A DNA stretch of 64,000 nucleotides, from the NCBI GenBank assembly GCA_016839555.1, contig JAEOUA010000006.1, positions 224,001-288,000 on the forward strand, in the 5' to 3' direction. This stretch comes from Promethearchaeota archaeon. Its GTDB lineage: Archaea; Asgardarchaeota; Lokiarchaeia; Sigyniarchaeales; SOKP01. Within the stretch, counting starts at the first letter, position 1, and every line of letters begins with the position of its first letter. The notes under the pieces are model-generated. The model had not been told where the DNA came from. It made no database searches and saw only the letters and a program-made list of their open reading frames with translations. The translations under genes and the position numbers were made by a program. Shown here piece after piece: positions 60,491 through 64,000 of this stretch.

Positions 60491-60772
60491 TTAACGTGCC
60501 GATACTCCGTCCCATGCCTTCACTTCGGGATCCACATGTCCACAAGAAGGACACTTTTTTGAAACCTCCCACGCTTCTAATGCGGGATGAACCCGTGTAT
60601 ATAAATTTCCGCAGTTTTCACATACAAGGAATTTTGCTCCGCATCCTTCACACATTTTTAAAGTTCCACGTTCAACAAATCTAAAAGTTCTTTTCATCCA
60701 CTCATCATTCACGATTCTGAATATGGTCCCTCCGCATTCCGAACAACTTTTTCCATTCCAACCTTCTGCCAT
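60491..60772 (-). CDS. multi-zinc-ribbon protein
   Basis: CSECG, CEGCG, CENCG, CPSCG. Confidence 0.85.
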   Translation of the reverse strand: MAEGWNGKSCSECGGTIFRIVNDEWMKRTFRFVERGTLKMCEGCGAKFLVCENCGNLYTRVHPALEAWEVSKKCPSCGHVDPEVKAWDGVSAR

Positions 60773-60961
60773 TTCTACATCAACCCAAGGAAATTTTCAA
60801 ACTTTTACTATTAATGTTTAATATAGTTATAATAATTTTCTAAGAATTTATAATTTACTTAAAATATTTAAATTAAATTTATGATATATCTTTTTCGTCA
60901 TTAAATTTCATTTAACTCATCATAAAAGTAATTTTTCCAGAAAAAAACAAAAACTAATATT

Positions 60962-61282
60962 CTACATTTTTAATTTTTTAGATTTTTTCGTTTTTCGGTC
61001 TGGATTGACTTCCTCTAATTCCTTTATTAAGCGCACCACTTTATCATCCGTTAATGCTTCACTAAATTTAACCAGCATTTCGAAATCGCTAACGAATAGC
61101 CCCTTTTTTTTCATAGGCGTTCCATCTTGCTTGAGAGGATTGATCTCTAAAAATAACATCGCTGGTCTTGTTTTAGTTTCTGGCACTTTCACTACATATA
61201 CTCCAGGTATGGGAGTCTCCATTTTCCCCCATTCTTTAGCATTTGCTAGATGATCATTCAATTGTGCTTGAATATCTGCCAT
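60962..61282 (-). CDS. conserved hypothetical protein, possibly PC4-like nucleic-acid-binding fold
   Basis: Beta-rich LFLEINP...PMKKKGLFV followed by helices; GAGTGA RBS. Confidence 0.55.
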   Translation of the reverse strand: MADIQAQLNDHLANAKEWGKMETPIPGVYVVKVPETKTRPAMLFLEINPLKQDGTPMKKKGLFVSDFEMLVKFSEALTDDKVVRLIKELEEVNPDRKTKKSKKLKM

Positions 61283-61323
61283 ATTTTAATCACTCTTAAT
61301 TTTTATTCTTTAAATCTAAATTA

Positions 61324-61340
61324 TATTGTGTTACACAATA
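61324..61340. promoter_or_regulatory. palindrome between divergent genes, candidate RHH operator
   Basis: TATTGTG-TTA-CACAATA next to a TATA-like TATATAAA. Confidence 0.45.
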
Positions 61341-61590
61341 CATGTATGCATATATAAATAATCCTATTATAATTTTTTTATGCATTAAAATTAGATCTAA
61401 AGGAGCTCTAAATGCGATTCTTTATCATTAATTACCAGTTCTAAGAAATCTTATATTTTATTCATATATTCTTATTATATTGACCCTCTTAGCGATTCGT
61501 CGGGCTTCTATGGGCTCATTTCCACTGAATACTTAAATATCACGGAGAGATATATTAGTATATTAAAAAAAAATAAGTAGGTGCAAAAGC

Positions 61591-61815
61591 ATGAAATTAA
61601 TTTCAGTTAATTTACCTGAATCCTATTTAGAAGTGTTAGAGATTTTAGTTTCGGAAGGAAAATTTCCAAATCGCTCGGAGGCAATTCGTATGGGTATTAG
61701 AGACTTAATTAAAACCGAATATTTAATTGATGAGAAAATCAAAACAAAATACGAAACAAAAGTTGAGAACACTCTAACTATGAAGGAGGAAGTAAACGAA
61801 AAATTAATAGCATAA
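61591..61815 (+). CDS. ribbon-helix-helix (CopG/MetJ) regulator
   Basis: MKLISVNLPE..L..LV.EGKFPNRSEAIRMGIRDL. Confidence 0.92.
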   Translation: MKLISVNLPESYLEVLEILVSEGKFPNRSEAIRMGIRDLIKTEYLIDEKIKTKYETKVENTLTMKEEVNEKLIA

Positions 61816-61855
61816 AGTATTATTTTTTATTTTTTTATCTTTTTAATTAGAATTC

Positions 61856-62251
61856 TTAAAATTCTAATTCTCCTAAGTGTTTATTTAAAAAATCATCGCA
61901 TATTTTTCCGCCATCCCCTTTCAGGATCCATCCTTCTTCTTTTTTTTCTATGAGATTCAATTTTTCAATGTTTTCAAGCATTTGTTTTACTTTTTCTTCA
62001 GATTGTTTAATATTAAAATCTGCCCTTAGGCAAAAGAGAATATCATCAATAGAAACTGGTTTAGCTAATTCATCTTCCATAACTCCGATTGCTGCAATTA
62101 TTTCCTCCTCATCTTCCATTGCTTCATCGATTTCCTCAGAAACCTCTTCTAATAACCATGGATATTCTTCGAGCATTTGTTTAATTTTTTTCTGATCTCC
62201 ACTTTTGAAAATCTCATCAAAATCTTCCCGTATCTTCTTTTTTTTAAACAT
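61856..62251 (-). CDS. hypothetical protein with C-terminal winged-helix-like region
   Basis: VSIDDI...LENIEKLNLIE...WILKGDG. Confidence 0.6.
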   Translation of the reverse strand: MFKKKKIREDFDEIFKSGDQKKIKQMLEEYPWLLEEVSEEIDEAMEDEEEIIAAIGVMEDELAKPVSIDDILFCLRADFNIKQSEEKVKQMLENIEKLNLIEKKEEGWILKGDGGKICDDFLNKHLGELEF

Positions 62252-62470
62252 CTCTATACATCTTCCTTACACTTAGTTACACATAGTCAATAAGATAATT
62301 GATATTTATAATTTTTACTTATTAACTTATGTTTTTGATATGTATAAATATCTCAAATTATAATTAATATTTTTCAATTAATTCGCTTTACACACGAAAA
62401 AAAGAGTTATGATAAATTATAAAGATTTAGAATTAAATAAAAATAATTTTCCAGTTATTATTAACTATAT

Positions 62471-62917
62471 CTATTCATTTTTTAATTTATAGGTGGTGTC
62501 ACAGCGGGCATCTCCATCTGCAACACTGCGATATATTGTTAATTTAATTTTATCGCTTACTGCTGTACGGAAATATTCATAATCAATTTCCATTGCAGCT
62601 TCGCATAATTCCCTCGAAGTATTTTCCAAACCAAAGGGACATTTAGTACCTTGAATTCGAAATTTTTCATCGGAAAGAAACATTACTTTCACATTATTCG
62701 GATCATAACTTTGTGAAAATGCTTTTGCAACCGTTGAGAGCTTGTTATTAGACAATTTATTTTTTATTTTTAGTCCTAGAGCACGACCTTGCTTACCACA
62801 TATTTCTTTGATAATGGGTAATGCCTCTTTTCCAAATTTTTCATAAAATGCCTTCATTAACATTCCTTGAGCTTCAATTGGATTTTTTGGTAAATTTTCA
62901 TTATTTTTCTGTTTCAT
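62471..62917 (-). CDS. V4R / ATC-hydrolase-like small-molecule-binding protein
   Basis: KCPFG, LCEAAMEID, GDARC. Confidence 0.75.
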   Translation of the reverse strand: MKQKNNENLPKNPIEAQGMLMKAFYEKFGKEALPIIKEICGKQGRALGLKIKNKLSNNKLSTVAKAFSQSYDPNNVKVMFLSDEKFRIQGTKCPFGLENTSRELCEAAMEIDYEYFRTAVSDKIKLTIYRSVADGDARCDTTYKLKNE

Positions 62918-63041
62918 AGTTTATCATATATCCTTAAAAAGATAATTATATCCAGCTTCTTAATATATGTAATTATCAGTAGAAGATATTTCTACATTAA
63001 AAATGAATAAAGAGCAAAATAAATGAGAAAAAATAACTAAG

Positions 63042-63761
63042 TTATTTAGTTCCACTTAAGAATTGTGCTATTTCATCTTTAGTGGCAACCGTGAATTTTT
63101 TATCTTCGATCTTAATATAGACAAGGCGAGTGTTTTCTTTTGTTGCTTCTTCATCAGTTGCGGATTTTAATGCATCTAAGGTTAAATGCACCAAATCGTT
63201 AAATCCCAGGCTTTCGCTATAATTTTCACGTAAATATTCTCGTGCAGCGGCTTCACCATTACCCATCGCATACGCTTTAAATGAACGATAAATTCCGCTA
63301 GGAGAAACCGTATAGATTTGAGTGCCCATGGAATCAATACCAATGAAAAATAATGCGCAACCCCAGGGTCTAATTCCTCCATATTGGGTATATTGTTGAA
63401 TGACATCCGCCACATCTTTCACCAGCATACTTAAACGGACAGGCTCATCATATGTTAATCGATATGTTTGCGCTTGGACTCGAGTATAGCCAATAAGAGT
63501 GCGAGAATCAGCGTGAAGGCCCGAAATTGCTACGCCTATATGTTCATCTATTTGAAATATTTTGTCTATTTCATCACCATCCATCAATGGTGAAGCAATT
63601 TTAATTTGAGCTGCTAAGCATACCGCATTCTTGGATTTTGCTGCTACCGCCAGAGTTCCTCGTCGAACAGCTTCTAATGCATACTCTACTTGATATAACC
63701 GACCTTCTGGGCTAAATACCGTTAATGCCCTGTCATATTTAAGTTGACCTCCACCAAACAT
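63042..63761 (-). CDS. psmA: proteasome alpha subunit
   Basis: YDRALTVFSPEGRLYQVEYA, SGLHAD, YTQYGGIRPWG, PSG. Confidence 0.97.
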   Translation of the reverse strand: MFGGGQLKYDRALTVFSPEGRLYQVEYALEAVRRGTLAVAAKSKNAVCLAAQIKIASPLMDGDEIDKIFQIDEHIGVAISGLHADSRTLIGYTRVQAQTYRLTYDEPVRLSMLVKDVADVIQQYTQYGGIRPWGCALFFIGIDSMGTQIYTVSPSGIYRSFKAYAMGNGEAAAREYLRENYSESLGFNDLVHLTLDALKSATDEEATKENTRLVYIKIEDKKFTVATKDEIAQFLSGTK

Positions 63762-64000
63762 TATTTAGTCACGTTAAGGTAATTTTTATTTTATAATTAC
63801 TATGAAAAATGATATGTTTAATTTTAATTTTTAGATTTTCATTTATTAGTGAGTATCTATTCCTTTTAAATTAAGATTCACATACATTTATATATTGATT
63901 TTTGCTCACTATTATTATCCCACTTGAGCTAAATAAACCACTTTTTAGAGAAAGAACAATTTAAATCTTACCTAAGCTTTTTAAGATACCTCTTGTAATC

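Noticed and set aside
60391-60684. 97-aa + strand ORF
   Set aside because: Antisense to the four-CxxC zinc-ribbon gene, which is far more credible.
1-64000. CRISPR arrays, tRNA/rRNA genes, transposases, prophage genes
   Set aside because: No spaced direct repeats, cloverleaf/T-loop motifs, long GC-rich RNA tracts or integrase/transposase motifs seen by eye; tRNAscan/Infernal would be needed to confirm absence.

Overview
AT-rich (~30% GC by eye) archaeal chromosomal segment. It is most consistent with an Asgard archaeon of the Lokiarchaeia type (inference): it has archaeal information genes (TFB, proteasome alpha, RFC large plus two small subunits), an Arf/Rag-like small GTPase with a C-terminal roadblock-like region, and many bacterial-type genes. 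Recognisable content includes htpG (Hsp90), a grpE-dnaK-dnaJ-clpB-tfb cluster, a tungsten aldehyde:ferredoxin oxidoreductase, pyruvate kinase, a P-type ATPase, an ABC exporter, a sulfatase, a rubrerythrin/staygreen/OsmC run, an RNase J-like nuclease and an orphan N6-adenine methyltransferase. The most notable observations are: (1) an intact kaiB-kaiC pair without kaiA; (2) a three-gene RFC cluster with one degenerate small subunit resembling the eukaryotic RFC-E position; (3) two or three structured intergenic elements (24.7 kb, 32.4 kb, 33.2 kb) that may be undescribed ncRNAs; (4) a repeated wHTH + 4-TM two-gene module; (5) an HTH-ARPP-1 operon; (6) a nucleotidyltransferase TA-like pair with a CTG start and a substituted catalytic Asp; (7) a GT-C gene split by one in-frame TAA. 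I saw no rRNA, tRNA, CRISPR array or transposase. All family calls come from motif recognition by eye, not database searches.
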